This document shows, in pieces, positions 18,234 to 28,907 of a stretch of DNA of 64,000 bases. Source of the stretch: a virus; the IMG/VR virus record IMGVR_UViG_3300012665_001507, one strand, 5' to 3'. The notes below the pieces were generated by a model. It ran no database searches. It was not told the origin of the DNA and saw nothing but the letters and a program-made list of their open reading frames with translations. Every line of letters starts with the position of its first letter. Position 1 is the first letter of the stretch. The translations under genes and the position numbers were made by a program.

Positions 18234-21158
18234 TTATGGTTTTCTAAAGACTGCTCTACCAGCTTTTAATAAATAAAGACCACCAGATGGCATAGATGTA
18301 TCAGCATCAGCTTGAGCATCATTATCATATGGACCGTATGTTTTAATACTTAATCTGTCAACATATGTTGCGTTAGCTACAGTACTATTGATTGCAGCAC
18401 CCAACACTATTGAGTTTAAATGACCAGCTGTGGAACCAGAACCATGTACAAAACTTGCTTCCGCACCAGCTGTTGAACCAATACCACCAGCGTGTGAATA
18501 TCTACCTTCAGTTACTGTTTGTCTTCCCTCAGCATGTGATGCTGTACCACCAGCTAACGTACTTTGACCTTCAGCATGTGATGCTTCACCAGCAGCTTGT
18601 GTACCATAACCTTCAGCATGTGAATTATTACCAGATGCTAGCGTTTCAGAACCTTCAGCATGAGAGTATTGTCCACTAGCTATTGTAAGTTTACCTTCAG
18701 CGTGTGACATTATACCACTTGCTAATGTGTTTTGACCCTCAGAGTGACTATATGTTGTTGTTGCTGATGTAGCCCAACCTTCAGCGTGTGAATATTGTCC
18801 ACTAGCTACTGTACGATAACCTTCAGCATGACTACCAATACCAGAAGCAGTTGTACCAGAACCTTCAGCATGTGACATTATACCACTAGCGATTGTTTGA
18901 TAACCTTCAGCGTGACTAGCAATAGCACTAGCAGTTGTTCCAGAACCTTCAGCATGTGAAGCTTCGCCAGAAGCTATTGTTAAGATACCTTCAGCATGAG
19001 AACCGTCACCCGTTGCAGTACCACCAGATACCCAAATATCTGGTTCAAATGGGTTTAAAACGTCTATAAATTTACCACCTTCAGCGTGTGAACCATTACC
19101 TATTGCACGTGTATTTATACCTTCAGAGTGACTCGCATAAGCTCTAGATTGTGTTCCATATCCTTCGGCATGCGATGTTAAACCACTTGATATTGTTCCA
19201 GACCCTTCGGCATGAGACGAATGTCCAACGGCTATTGTGTTATTACCTTCAGCATGTGAATTAAACCCACTAGCTAATGTAAATGAACCTTCAGCGTGAG
19301 CATTTAATGTTGTTGCTGATGTTGAAAGACCTTCAGCGTGAGAGGCTTCACCAGTTGCATATGTTAATTTACCTTCAGCGTGTGATGCTAGTCCATTAGC
19401 TATTGAACCTTCACCTTCAGCATGTGAATAAGAAGAATTGGCCTGTGTTTGGAAACCTTCTGCGTGACTAGCAACATCAAATGCTATTGTTTCAACACCT
19501 TCTGCATGACTTCCTTGCCCTAAAGCTGTACCACCAGAAAAGTATGTACTTATTTTTGCATTATACATACCACCTTCAGCATGTGAGTAAGAACCAGACG
19601 CTAGTGTTTGCCAACCTTCAGCATGTGAACCACTTCCGCTGGCTATTGTTCCTTCACCTTCAGTGTGAGAAAATTCTCCACTAGCTAGTGTGTTATGACC
19701 TTCAGAGTGAGCCCCATTACCAGAAGCAATTGTAACATCACCTTCAGCATGAGATACATCACCAGATGCTAAGGTATCTTTTCCTTCAGCATGACTGACA
19801 TAACCACTGGCTCTTGAATAATAACCTTCAGCATGACTTGCCAATCCAGATGCCAGTGTTTTTTGACCTTCAGCATGACTTGCGTCAGTTGTTGCTGATG
19901 TAGCCATTGGTGAACCATATATATCGTCACCACCACCTTCAGCGTGTGAATACGCACCTAAAGCATAGTTATATTTTCCTTCAGCATGACTTGCTTGACC
20001 TTCAGCTATTGTTTCATGCCCTTCAGCGTGACTTACTTCACCACTAGCTAGTGTTTGATAACCTTCAGCATGACTAGCAATAGCACTAGCAGTTGTTCCA
20101 GAACCTTCAGCATGAGTTGCCTCACCACTAGATTGTGTCCCATTACCTTCAGAGTGAGAAAAATCACCAATCGCTGATGTTCCAATACCTTCAGCGTGAG
20201 CTGCTTGACCACTTGCTAGTGTGCTTGAACCTTCAGAGTGAGCTGCCTCACCAATTGCTTGTGTTGTGTTACCTTCAGCATGAGAATAATCACCACTAGC
20301 TATTGTATTAGGACCTTCAGCGTGAGCCACTATACCGCTAGCTACTGAATAAAACCCTTCAGCGTGTGAATATTCACCACCAGCTATTGTGTTAAAACCT
20401 TCAGCGTGTGATGTTACACCTGTTGCTATTGTTTCTTGACCTTCAGCGTGTGAGTAAGCACCACTAGCAAGTGTTTGGTATCCTTCAGAGTGAGATATCA
20501 CACCAGATGCAATGTTTTGTCTACCTTCAGCGTGACTATAATTACCACTAGCTACGTTAGATGTACCCTCAGCATGGCTTGAATCACCGTTCGCAATATT
20601 AAACGACCCTTCAGCATGGGCATACTGTGTTGTTGCTGATGTTCTATAACCTTGGGCATGACTAGCAGCACCAGAGGCCAATGTATTGTTACCATAAGCG
20701 ACAGCATAGTTACCTGTTGCATTTAATCCAGTGCTATTTATTGCCTTTATTGAACTAGTCCCAGTTGTACCAGAAACCCAATATTGTGTTGGAGTTGTTG
20801 AGCCCGTGTTAAATCCACTAACCGTAAATGTACCACCTGTGTTATTGGTAAAAGTTGCTATACCAGAGTTATAAGTACCACCTGTTACTCTAATATCAGT
20901 TGGTGCTGTATATCCTGTATAGTATCCATTTACAGTAAATGTACCACCAGTGTTGTTGGTAAAAGTTGTGACACCGTTTGAATAGGTACCACCAGTAACT
21001 GTTACATCAGTAGGAAAACTTATATTGTTCAAAACTTGTTGAATCGTAGTTTTATAAGAACTACCATTGGGGTCTTGTGATTGGTCGTTTACTAATACAA
21101 TGTGTATTAAATCATTCAACCCAACTGATGGGGCTATAGTTCTACTAGTTAATTTCAT
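18234..21158 (-). CDS. Tail fibre/adhesin with YadA-head-like 14-aa SHAEG repeats
   Basis: About 50 xxTxASGxxSHAEG units preceded by two TGGTY..G..TFTNNTGGTFTV units. Confidence 0.8.
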   Translation of the reverse strand: MKLTSRTIAPSVGLNDLIHIVLVNDQSQDPNGSSYKTTIQQVLNNISFPTDVTVTGGTYSNGVTTFTNNTGGTFTVNGYYTGYTAPTDIRVTGGTYNSGIATFTNNTGGTFTVSGFNTGSTTPTQYWVSGTTGTSSIKAINSTGLNATGNYAVAYGNNTLASGAASHAQGYRTSATTQYAHAEGSFNIANGDSSHAEGTSNVASGNYSHAEGRQNIASGVISHSEGYQTLASGAYSHAEGQETIATGVTSHAEGFNTIAGGEYSHAEGFYSVASGIVAHAEGPNTIASGDYSHAEGNTTQAIGEAAHSEGSSTLASGQAAHAEGIGTSAIGDFSHSEGNGTQSSGEATHAEGSGTTASAIASHAEGYQTLASGEVSHAEGHETIAEGQASHAEGKYNYALGAYSHAEGGGDDIYGSPMATSATTDASHAEGQKTLASGLASHAEGYYSRASGYVSHAEGKDTLASGDVSHAEGDVTIASGNGAHSEGHNTLASGEFSHTEGEGTIASGSGSHAEGWQTLASGSYSHAEGGMYNAKISTYFSGGTALGQGSHAEGVETIAFDVASHAEGFQTQANSSYSHAEGEGSIANGLASHAEGKLTYATGEASHAEGLSTSATTLNAHAEGSFTLASGFNSHAEGNNTIAVGHSSHAEGSGTISSGLTSHAEGYGTQSRAYASHSEGINTRAIGNGSHAEGGKFIDVLNPFEPDIWVSGGTATGDGSHAEGILTIASGEASHAEGSGTTASAIASHAEGYQTIASGIMSHAEGSGTTASGIGSHAEGYRTVASGQYSHAEGWATSATTTYSHSEGQNTLASGIMSHAEGKLTIASGQYSHAEGSETLASGNNSHAEGYGTQAAGEASHAEGQSTLAGGTASHAEGRQTVTEGRYSHAGGIGSTAGAEASFVHGSGSTAGHLNSIVLGAAINSTVANATYVDRLSIKTYGPYDNDAQADADTSMPSGGLYLLKAGRAVFRKP
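18484..20680 (-). repeat. Coding 42-bp-period repeat array (SHAEG)
   Basis: ccttcagc(a/g)tg recurs every 42 bp, with three longer units. Confidence 0.9.
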
Positions 21159-21174
21159 TTCTTTTTCTTTTATC

Positions 21175-21182
21175 TATAAATA
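21175..21182 (-). promoter_or_regulatory. TATTTATA candidate late promoter of the fibre gene
   Basis: 16 nt upstream of the ATG at 21158. Confidence 0.6.
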
Positions 21183-21184
21183 TA

Positions 21185-21499
21185 TTATGCTATTAAAATA
21201 AGACCCGTTTCTTCGTTTAAATAAAACACATTTGTCTTTAAATTTGTTCTTTCACCAATCATCGATTCAATATTAGGTTTTTCATTACTTAAAACAATAA
21301 CATCATAATCTGAAAATTCATCCCAAAACCCATGATAGTGACTACCAAAAACAAAAACGGGTACATCACCCAATACCTCAAAAACCACTTGTTTTATCAG
21401 TCTAAAATTTTCTTGTCTTTCCAACGGTAAATCCTCAAAGTTTTTTAATTGACCTCTGAATTCTCTTTCACGCCCTTTATGATGAACTATTCTTATCAT
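21185..21499 (-). CDS. Minimal nucleotidyltransferase (Pol-beta superfamily, MNT-like)
   Basis: VFVFGSHYHG....SDYDVIV matches hGS-x9-10-DxD. Confidence 0.75.
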   Translation of the reverse strand: MIRIVHHKGREREFRGQLKNFEDLPLERQENFRLIKQVVFEVLGDVPVFVFGSHYHGFWDEFSDYDVIVLSNEKPNIESMIGERTNLKTNVFYLNEETGLILIA

Positions 21500-22575
21500 T
21501 CTATAACGATGTTATTTAAACAATCGTAATCAAAACCACTAGGTGTCATACCGTAATACAGGAGACCAGCTGAATTATTAACAACATTAGTTCTGGTATA
21601 TGTTATGTCAGCACCACTACTAATACTACTTGTAACATTAATTTCATAATCATCAGAAATTGGTGCTATTAGATAAAAACCACATTTACTCTCGCCAGTA
21701 ACAAATGTGTTGGTGTTTAACGCTATTTGTGCGGTGTATTCAATTAACCCTAATGTTGTAAACATATCATTCATCATATCAACCATGTTGGTGTACGTAA
21801 TACCAGTCACTGAACCAGATGTGCACCCAGAAACAATGTTGTTGTTTGCTGGTATCCAATTCACAGTATTAGGGTCTATTGTTGTTGTAAAAGGTGTAGT
21901 CAATTGTTCAACACCATTTATCAAAAAACTATTTACCGATATTGTCGTTGCGTTTACAGATGGATAAAAACCACATTCTGTCAAAGTATTTATAAACTCT
22001 GGACTTTCTACCATATTGTAAAAACCACATGTCTTATTAAGAAAAGGAAACGTAATTGTATCTAAAGTCCCACAAATAACTTGACCATCTTTACAGATTA
22101 CTGCCATACCAATATCCAAAATAGTACTTAAATAACTTGCAGCAGTTGTTCGGCTATATTGTGATAAAACATCAGCTACAATACAAAGACTACCTTCACC
22201 ATCAAATGTTGAGTATTCAAAAACATCAATTTCATCACACCCAATCACCGAATTTAAACTATCAGTAACACACGAATTAAAATTGGTACAACATGTACCA
22301 GTTGTTGGTACATCATTTGTTATCATATCAAAATATGTTTGTAGTGATGATTTATAGTTAAAGCAACAAGACTTATCAAACCCACACATAGATGCGTAGT
22401 ATCTAAAAAATTGTCCAGGTGTTGTCAAAATATAAACACCATCACAATCTGGGCAACAATATACTGATGTACTACCAGTAAATCCACTAACCATAGCGTC
22501 ATTAAATAACGCACCGTTATTAACAGCATTGGTTATTTTTATCATGTAAGCTTCTATTGGGTTAATACACGCCAT
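21496..22575 (-). CDS. Cys-rich virion protein
   Basis: YCCPDC...CCFNY...CCTNF domain shared with the upstream gene. Confidence 0.65.
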   Translation of the reverse strand: MACINPIEAYMIKITNAVNNGALFNDAMVSGFTGSTSVYCCPDCDGVYILTTPGQFFRYYASMCGFDKSCCFNYKSSLQTYFDMITNDVPTTGTCCTNFNSCVTDSLNSVIGCDEIDVFEYSTFDGEGSLCIVADVLSQYSRTTAASYLSTILDIGMAVICKDGQVICGTLDTITFPFLNKTCGFYNMVESPEFINTLTECGFYPSVNATTISVNSFLINGVEQLTTPFTTTIDPNTVNWIPANNNIVSGCTSGSVTGITYTNMVDMMNDMFTTLGLIEYTAQIALNTNTFVTGESKCGFYLIAPISDDYEINVTSSISSGADITYTRTNVVNNSAGLLYYGMTPSGFDYDCLNNIVIE

Positions 22576-22586
22576 TTTTTTAATTA

Positions 22587-25500
22587 TTATAAACCACCAT
22601 TTAATATGATGTAATTTGTTATACTCATAAATCTAATAGTACCATCTTTACATGTTATTACTAAACCATTATCTAATAAAGTTGACATAAAATCGTAGAC
22701 TTGATTAGAATCTAAACCAGATAATTCGTTAACGATTGTTGATAAACCGCTAGAACCATTTATTGTTGATTGTTCCATGATACCTAGATTTAATATTTCA
22801 GAATAATCACTAGTTTTTGTTTCTAATAAGTCTAAACCAGTAACAAACGTTGTTCCAGTACAACCAGTACCAACATTGTAACCATTATGAATTTCATTTG
22901 TTGGTAATATTGAAGGGACATATAATTCTAAATCTTCTAATCTATTATCATCTACGCCATAATTAAAACAACATGGGTTATCACCTCCAAAAATGCCCAA
23001 ATATTCTAGATATTTATCTGTTGAACCGATAACATAATCATTACAGTCTGGACAACAATAGTCGCAATTTGGTAAGAATAATCCTTCATTTAATAAATCA
23101 AATAAATTATCACATTCTACAACTCTTTCAATAAAATATTTTAATGGGTCAATACCACACTCAACTGGTGGTGGTGGCACTGTAGGGTCACATAAATTCG
23201 CATATGGTTGTTGAATACCCGTACCATCATCTATACTAACTGTACCAATAAATTCAGAACCCCAGTTCATTTGTGCAATACAAATTTTATCTGAATGGTT
23301 ATAAATTGGTTTTAGTTTTAATTCACCTTCTTTCGGTACTGAAATAACGGTTGTCATCACATCAACTGTTTGACATTGACCAGAAATACCATTTATTGGG
23401 CTTAATACATTTAAGCATTGGAATGGATTACCACCAAATAACGAAGAATATTCTTTGTATTTGAACTTTTGTTGGTCAAATATCGTGTTAGTATAAATCT
23501 TAACACTACCCCAAATTGTTGTAGCTGGAATTACTTGTTCAATAATATCCACCCAATAATCACCAATAAGATTAGCAAACTCATCCATTGTATAGTAATT
23601 AAACGCAGAACTTTTTGTTCCACAATAATTTAAACTATTTAGATATCTTTCATACAACGCTTTAAGTGTTGGATATCCAGATATTGTTTTTCTGTTTTTA
23701 ACATTGATAAGTTCTGAAACCAACAAGTTTTTAAAATTATCAATCGTTTTAATAGTTGATAAATCAGTCGTAAACAAACTATTAAAATCTATTTTGTTAT
23801 CACCACAACAATATGACTGAGAAAATAACTGTACATTATTTGAAGCGTTATCCATGAAATCATAAACGTTTAAATCTTGAAAAACAAAACATTCATCATC
23901 TTGATAGTTTTTATCACCACATGCAATGCATGGGTCACAATATGTTACTCCAGTTAATAAACATGGGTTATCTAATAAATAACACCAAACGTCATATTCC
24001 ACCGCAGAAGCGATATTGATATCTAAATCAATTTCTTTGGTATTGATTACCAATCTTTCATCAAATACATCGTAATCAGTTTGTCTAATAGCATTAAAAC
24101 CGTTAACGTGTTTAATATCAAATTCTCTATTTACTAATGAGGTGTTGTTCAACCATGATTTTTTATTATCGACAATTCTTGTTAGATTAAATCCTGGTGA
24201 TTGGCTTACAAATAAACTAGTACTATCAACATCAACACATTGTTTTGTTAATGCAATACTATCAATCAATACACAAAAATCACCACAACTATTTTTAATA
24301 TTAAGACTTAATTTAATCTTTTTATTAGCAATCATATTGATAACATCAACATCATCAATCAATGTTGTATAATGTGACCACGCAGACGACAATATTGTTG
24401 GTGCTAGTGAGTTATTAAAAGTTGTTTGACCATTGGTTTGACTTGCCAAATCTGATTGGTTAAATAATGTTTGTAAAATATAATCTCTAATCTTTAAACA
24501 CGCAGAAACATTCATTTCATCAACATTATTGGTTTCTGTTTGTGTTTGAGGAGATAACTCTGGATAACTTAATGGTGTACAACCACTTGCCCAAGATTCA
24601 TTTGCACTAGGTTCACCACAAACAAAGAATCCACTGTTAGTTGGGTGAGAGACTAAATAATTATATAAATTGCCAGTACCGATAGATGGGAAAAAATTAT
24701 ATTCATAAGCCGTTGTTAAATCACCATTAGCTTCAACAACATCAATACTCATAGATACACTTAAATTTTCTAACACAGCAATTGGTGAATCACAGCCACT
24801 AAGTAAAGCTTGTTGTTGTGATAATAGACTATCCAATTCTGATTTTAAACCTGTTAATATTTTTTCACAATTAGCTTGTTCGATGATAACTGTATCTATT
24901 TCGTTTTTAATTCCTGTTTTGGTACCAAATGGTGTTTTACAATCCACAATAAGTGGTTCAACTTTCTTAGCAATAGATAACAGTTCTTGGTTTTGGTTAT
25001 AAATGTTAATAACCTCAGCACACGTATATGATAACGGGTCACCATTCAAAAATGCTTGGTATCTATTAGTGCCTAAAATATTTTGCCAAACGGTAATACC
25101 ATCAGTTGTTAAACAAAAATTAACACTAATATATTTTATTTTAGGAAACGAAAATGGGGCTAAACCTCCATTAAAACCAGTTCTGGTGAAAGGTTCTTTT
25201 TGTGTTTGTGTTGGTTTTATTGTATCAGTTGGTAATGGTTCACGTGGTTCAACAGCTGCATCTTGACCGATAACTACTACTGGTGGTGTTGCTGGAAAAT
25301 TATCACATGTTATCGAATAACTAGTCTTGTTGTATTGGTCTAATAAATAGTTCAAGTGTGTTGTTATTTCTTCACACTTTACCGTTTGTTCAGCAATCTG
25401 TTCTTCTAACTTAATAATTTGACTATGCAACGCTGGGTCAGCAAAACTAGTTTGTGACAAAGTTTCACTAAGTTTTTCACAATCTAATTTGAACAAATAG

Positions 25501-25856
25501 TCGAAGTCAACAACCAAAGAACATTTTTCGTTGTCTTGAAAATAAAAAATAGTTCCATCATTACCTTTAGGGTTCAACACAATTTTAAATGGTTGATTAT
25601 CTGCACAATCTATGCTAGATTTGTCAGACCATCTACATTTTTGAGCGTCTAAATCATAATAGTATGGTTCGCCTGTGATTTCAGCCAAAACATTACAACA
25701 TTGTTGTGAAACTTGTGCTGGTGATGAAATACCGTTACTATTAGAGATGTACACAGATATTGTACCGTCTGGATTTTTAACCAAACCGTTTTGTGCTGTT
25801 ACTTCACTCCAAAATTTCCTACACCCTTTGATTATGTCTGCTAGGTTTATTCCCAT
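22587..25856 (-). CDS. Large Cys-rich baseplate/tail protein
   Basis: 1089 aa with coiled-coil segments, YWVDIIEQVIPATTIW motif and C-terminal YCCPDC domain; tail context. Confidence 0.6.
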   Translation of the reverse strand: MGINLADIIKGCRKFWSEVTAQNGLVKNPDGTISVYISNSNGISSPAQVSQQCCNVLAEITGEPYYYDLDAQKCRWSDKSSIDCADNQPFKIVLNPKGNDGTIFYFQDNEKCSLVVDFDYLFKLDCEKLSETLSQTSFADPALHSQIIKLEEQIAEQTVKCEEITTHLNYLLDQYNKTSYSITCDNFPATPPVVVIGQDAAVEPREPLPTDTIKPTQTQKEPFTRTGFNGGLAPFSFPKIKYISVNFCLTTDGITVWQNILGTNRYQAFLNGDPLSYTCAEVINIYNQNQELLSIAKKVEPLIVDCKTPFGTKTGIKNEIDTVIIEQANCEKILTGLKSELDSLLSQQQALLSGCDSPIAVLENLSVSMSIDVVEANGDLTTAYEYNFFPSIGTGNLYNYLVSHPTNSGFFVCGEPSANESWASGCTPLSYPELSPQTQTETNNVDEMNVSACLKIRDYILQTLFNQSDLASQTNGQTTFNNSLAPTILSSAWSHYTTLIDDVDVINMIANKKIKLSLNIKNSCGDFCVLIDSIALTKQCVDVDSTSLFVSQSPGFNLTRIVDNKKSWLNNTSLVNREFDIKHVNGFNAIRQTDYDVFDERLVINTKEIDLDINIASAVEYDVWCYLLDNPCLLTGVTYCDPCIACGDKNYQDDECFVFQDLNVYDFMDNASNNVQLFSQSYCCGDNKIDFNSLFTTDLSTIKTIDNFKNLLVSELINVKNRKTISGYPTLKALYERYLNSLNYCGTKSSAFNYYTMDEFANLIGDYWVDIIEQVIPATTIWGSVKIYTNTIFDQQKFKYKEYSSLFGGNPFQCLNVLSPINGISGQCQTVDVMTTVISVPKEGELKLKPIYNHSDKICIAQMNWGSEFIGTVSIDDGTGIQQPYANLCDPTVPPPPVECGIDPLKYFIERVVECDNLFDLLNEGLFLPNCDYCCPDCNDYVIGSTDKYLEYLGIFGGDNPCCFNYGVDDNRLEDLELYVPSILPTNEIHNGYNVGTGCTGTTFVTGLDLLETKTSDYSEILNLGIMEQSTINGSSGLSTIVNELSGLDSNQVYDFMSTLLDNGLVITCKDGTIRFMSITNYIILNGGL

Positions 25857-25869
25857 TTTTATATTTTAT

Positions 25870-25877
25870 TATAAGTA
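25870..25877 (-). promoter_or_regulatory. TACTTATA variant of the late motif
   Basis: 13 nt upstream of the ATG at 25856; one mismatch. Confidence 0.4.
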
Positions 25878-25893
25878 TCCTTTTAATTGTTTA

Positions 25894-28800
25894 TTAACAC
25901 TCTGGTAGTGTATTAAAATTAATAATATTTGTAACCACACCGTTATTAACTTGGATTACATATTTTTGGTTTAATTGTAAACCAGTATTTGTTGTGCTAT
26001 TAACGATAGTTACATCAATTGAATAATTACCGTTAAGTGTATCATATGGTGCAGCACCTAAAACATTTGACGTATATAATTGAGTACCCACGACTATCGG
26101 TGTGAAACTCCACGGCAATGGTGTAGGCGAACCTAAACTTACTGGTAAGTTATACAACGGAGATGTAGGGAAAAGTGTTTTACATTTCACAGCTGATGGT
26201 GATTCCAAATTAAATGGAAAATCATATGTGTCAGTACCTTTAGTTGCAACAACTTTACTTAAAATTCTATATTGAATCGTTGGACTAGTTTTTGTTGGCC
26301 AATTAAAATTACAACAATCACCTTTATTAGCTCTGTTTTCAAACAAAGTTACTAACGTTTGATAGTTTTGTAAACCATATGTCGTTAATTTACAACCAAC
26401 ACCAACTTCGTTGGTAAATGGGTCCACAATATTTGTTACAGGTGTTGTCCAACCAATTGGACATACTGACGCATCTGGTAAAGCTACTTTTTTAATTCCG
26501 ACACCATAAAGAGTGGTAAACGATAAAAATGTACCGTTATCTAAATAAGCTGGTTCTTTATTCAAAAACCAATTACATGATGCACTACAACCACAATCAT
26601 TTCTAAAACAACAAGCATAACCACTTTCAACATTACCTGTTACTGGGTCAACAACATCGGTGTAAACTGATGTTCCGTTTAACGCTTTACAACACTCTCT
26701 ATCAGTAAAAATAGATTGTCTAATAACATTTTGACCATTTAAAACATAATTACTACCATCTTTATTATATTGATAATACTCGAACACATAATAACAGTAT
26801 CTAAATCTTGTTTTGGTGCAAATCCTAAGGTTACTACAAGGTTTTGCTTGTGGTTTTTCTATTTTTTCAACACAAATACTTAAAGCATCATCACCAAAAC
26901 CACACGGACAACCACATGCGTTTAAAACTTCTTGGGGTAATGGGTCGTTTACTATTTCAGCTGTATAAACAATACAATCACTTAAGTTTGTACCATCAGA
27001 ATTAACAACATCAACATATGTATCACCAGTATAATCAGTGATTTGACCTAAGTCATAGTTTATAAATAAATTTGTTGACCCACTAGCCACTGTTTCACCT
27101 GTAATTGTTACAGCTGAGAAACTAGGGATAAGTGTTCTTAATTGGTTAATGTATTTATTACCACCATCATATGGTCCAACATGCGGGTTGTTACCTGTTA
27201 AAATATCTATTGTTGCACCACTACCACCAGTTTCTCTGTACCAAAGACCATCAGCTTGAAAATACATATCTGGATTGTCTTCAAAGAATCTAGGGTAACC
27301 ATCACTATCGATTGGATATAAATTCAAGTTAGTGTCTAAATCGTTTAAACTTAACAATGTTTGAAATAATTCAAGGTCAATAGGTCCATCAGCCAAATAA
27401 ATATACTCATTAAATTCGATAAGACCTTTTGGTGTACCAATAAAATTAAGTAAAAATTCAATTGATTTTCTAGCACCTTTAGATTTCCATATCCATGGTG
27501 AGTTTAAAATTATTCTTCGCCACATTTCAACATCTGCCTCGACAGGTGTTAAGCCAACTTCTTGACCAGCATATGTTGATTTTGAAGTATTAACGTAGTT
27601 TTTTAAAAGGTTATTTTCTAAAATAGATGAGACCAAATCCCAACCCAAAACACCAGCTAAATCTTTTAAGAATTTATCTGGCATGTTATCTTGTTTGTTA
27701 TATGTAACAACGTTTGCAAATGAAATACTAGTAATAAATGTGTTTATTTCATCGTAAGAAATACCATAAATATTTAATACTTTGTTAACTTTTTGACCAG
27801 AAGTGTCCATGTGTTCTTCAGCCAAATGAACAGGTGTCGTATCAAAATCAGAAATTGATTCTGAGACTAAAAATCTGTTCATTAAATTACTGTTGGTTAA
27901 ATCACTGTTATTGGCTATGTTTAGTAATCCAGTAGCATAAGTAATATACTCACCGCTATCAAAATCAATATTATAACCGTCAGAAACTGGCCATGTTATA
28001 TTTTTGTCAACGTATAAAATAATACCATCATCTGAAATTATTGGTGAATTAAAAGTAGCTCTATATTTTGGAAAAGTTTGTCTATTTAATAAATAACTTT
28101 CAAAATTATTTAACCCATTGAAAAATAAATTTTCATTTATTTTATTAGGTTTAATATGGTAATTAATTGTTGTTGGTTGACCAGAAAATACTGGACCTTT
28201 AACTTCAAAATAGATATAATCATTTGTTAAATCAGTTGAACCAGTAAAACCTATAACACTATATTCTGTGTTGTCTCTTAAAATGACATATGATTTATAA
28301 TTAACCGTTAAGTTTCTCATATCATTTCCTTCATTAAAAGTGTCAGCAATTGTACCGTTTTTTAAATAATTTATATTAAATTTGTTATCTATTAACGTTG
28401 TGTTAACACTAAATGTTGAAGTGTCAGAAATTATATCATAACTATAATTAGTGTAAGTATCCTCAATAATAGATACACCTATGTTGTTAGTGGTAAATGG
28501 AGATAAAAATAATGACGCTGGCCATTTAGTGATTATGTCTTCTAAATTAACACGAACAAATTCGGTTAAAGAACCAAACATAGCGTAATACTTTAATTTA
28601 CTTTTGTCTAAATTAAGTATCACACCAGCATTATCTTTTAAAAGAGCTTGTGTTTCTTCAACAGTTAAAACTAAAGTATCAAGTGAATAATATTCAGAAA
28701 ATTTACCAGAATTGTAAGACTTATCTTTTTTGGGGTCCATGTTGGTGGTGATGGAAAAATTACCCATAGTAAATAAAGGCGTACCACCTTCACTTGTCAG

Positions 28801-28899
28801 TTGGACACCAACTAAATCTGGGCTAAAATTTCTATACTCTATGTTACCATTGTAGATTTCTTTTTTTACATAGCCAGCTACTTTAATGTTATCACTCAT
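25894..28899 (-). CDS. Baseplate wedge protein with P2 gpI/T4 gp7-like domain and Cys-rich C-terminus
   Basis: MPDKFLKDLAGVLGW...WRRIILNSPWIWKSKGARKSIEFLLNFIG fits the gpI-like PxxxLxxLAxxxG...KGTxxxI pattern. Confidence 0.6.
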   Translation of the reverse strand: MSDNIKVAGYVKKEIYNGNIEYRNFSPDLVGVQLTSEGGTPLFTMGNFSITTNMDPKKDKSYNSGKFSEYYSLDTLVLTVEETQALLKDNAGVILNLDKSKLKYYAMFGSLTEFVRVNLEDIITKWPASLFLSPFTTNNIGVSIIEDTYTNYSYDIISDTSTFSVNTTLIDNKFNINYLKNGTIADTFNEGNDMRNLTVNYKSYVILRDNTEYSVIGFTGSTDLTNDYIYFEVKGPVFSGQPTTINYHIKPNKINENLFFNGLNNFESYLLNRQTFPKYRATFNSPIISDDGIILYVDKNITWPVSDGYNIDFDSGEYITYATGLLNIANNSDLTNSNLMNRFLVSESISDFDTTPVHLAEEHMDTSGQKVNKVLNIYGISYDEINTFITSISFANVVTYNKQDNMPDKFLKDLAGVLGWDLVSSILENNLLKNYVNTSKSTYAGQEVGLTPVEADVEMWRRIILNSPWIWKSKGARKSIEFLLNFIGTPKGLIEFNEYIYLADGPIDLELFQTLLSLNDLDTNLNLYPIDSDGYPRFFEDNPDMYFQADGLWYRETGGSGATIDILTGNNPHVGPYDGGNKYINQLRTLIPSFSAVTITGETVASGSTNLFINYDLGQITDYTGDTYVDVVNSDGTNLSDCIVYTAEIVNDPLPQEVLNACGCPCGFGDDALSICVEKIEKPQAKPCSNLRICTKTRFRYCYYVFEYYQYNKDGSNYVLNGQNVIRQSIFTDRECCKALNGTSVYTDVVDPVTGNVESGYACCFRNDCGCSASCNWFLNKEPAYLDNGTFLSFTTLYGVGIKKVALPDASVCPIGWTTPVTNIVDPFTNEVGVGCKLTTYGLQNYQTLVTLFENRANKGDCCNFNWPTKTSPTIQYRILSKVVATKGTDTYDFPFNLESPSAVKCKTLFPTSPLYNLPVSLGSPTPLPWSFTPIVVGTQLYTSNVLGAAPYDTLNGNYSIDVTIVNSTTNTGLQLNQKYVIQVNNGVVTNIINFNTLPEC

Positions 28900-28907
28900 T
28901 TTTTATC

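Noticed and set aside
18484-20680. Regularly spaced ccttcagcatg repeats resembling a CRISPR array
   Set aside because: The period is 42 bp, in frame, with synonymous variation; it encodes SHAEG protein repeats and the conserved part is too short for a CRISPR repeat.
21185-21499. MNT-HEPN toxin-antitoxin pair
   Set aside because: Neither neighbour looks like a HEPN protein.
18234-25856. Diversity-generating retroelement or invertible tail-fibre cassette
   Set aside because: No reverse transcriptase or recombinase, no adenine-specific template/variable repeat pair and no flanking inverted repeats seen by eye.
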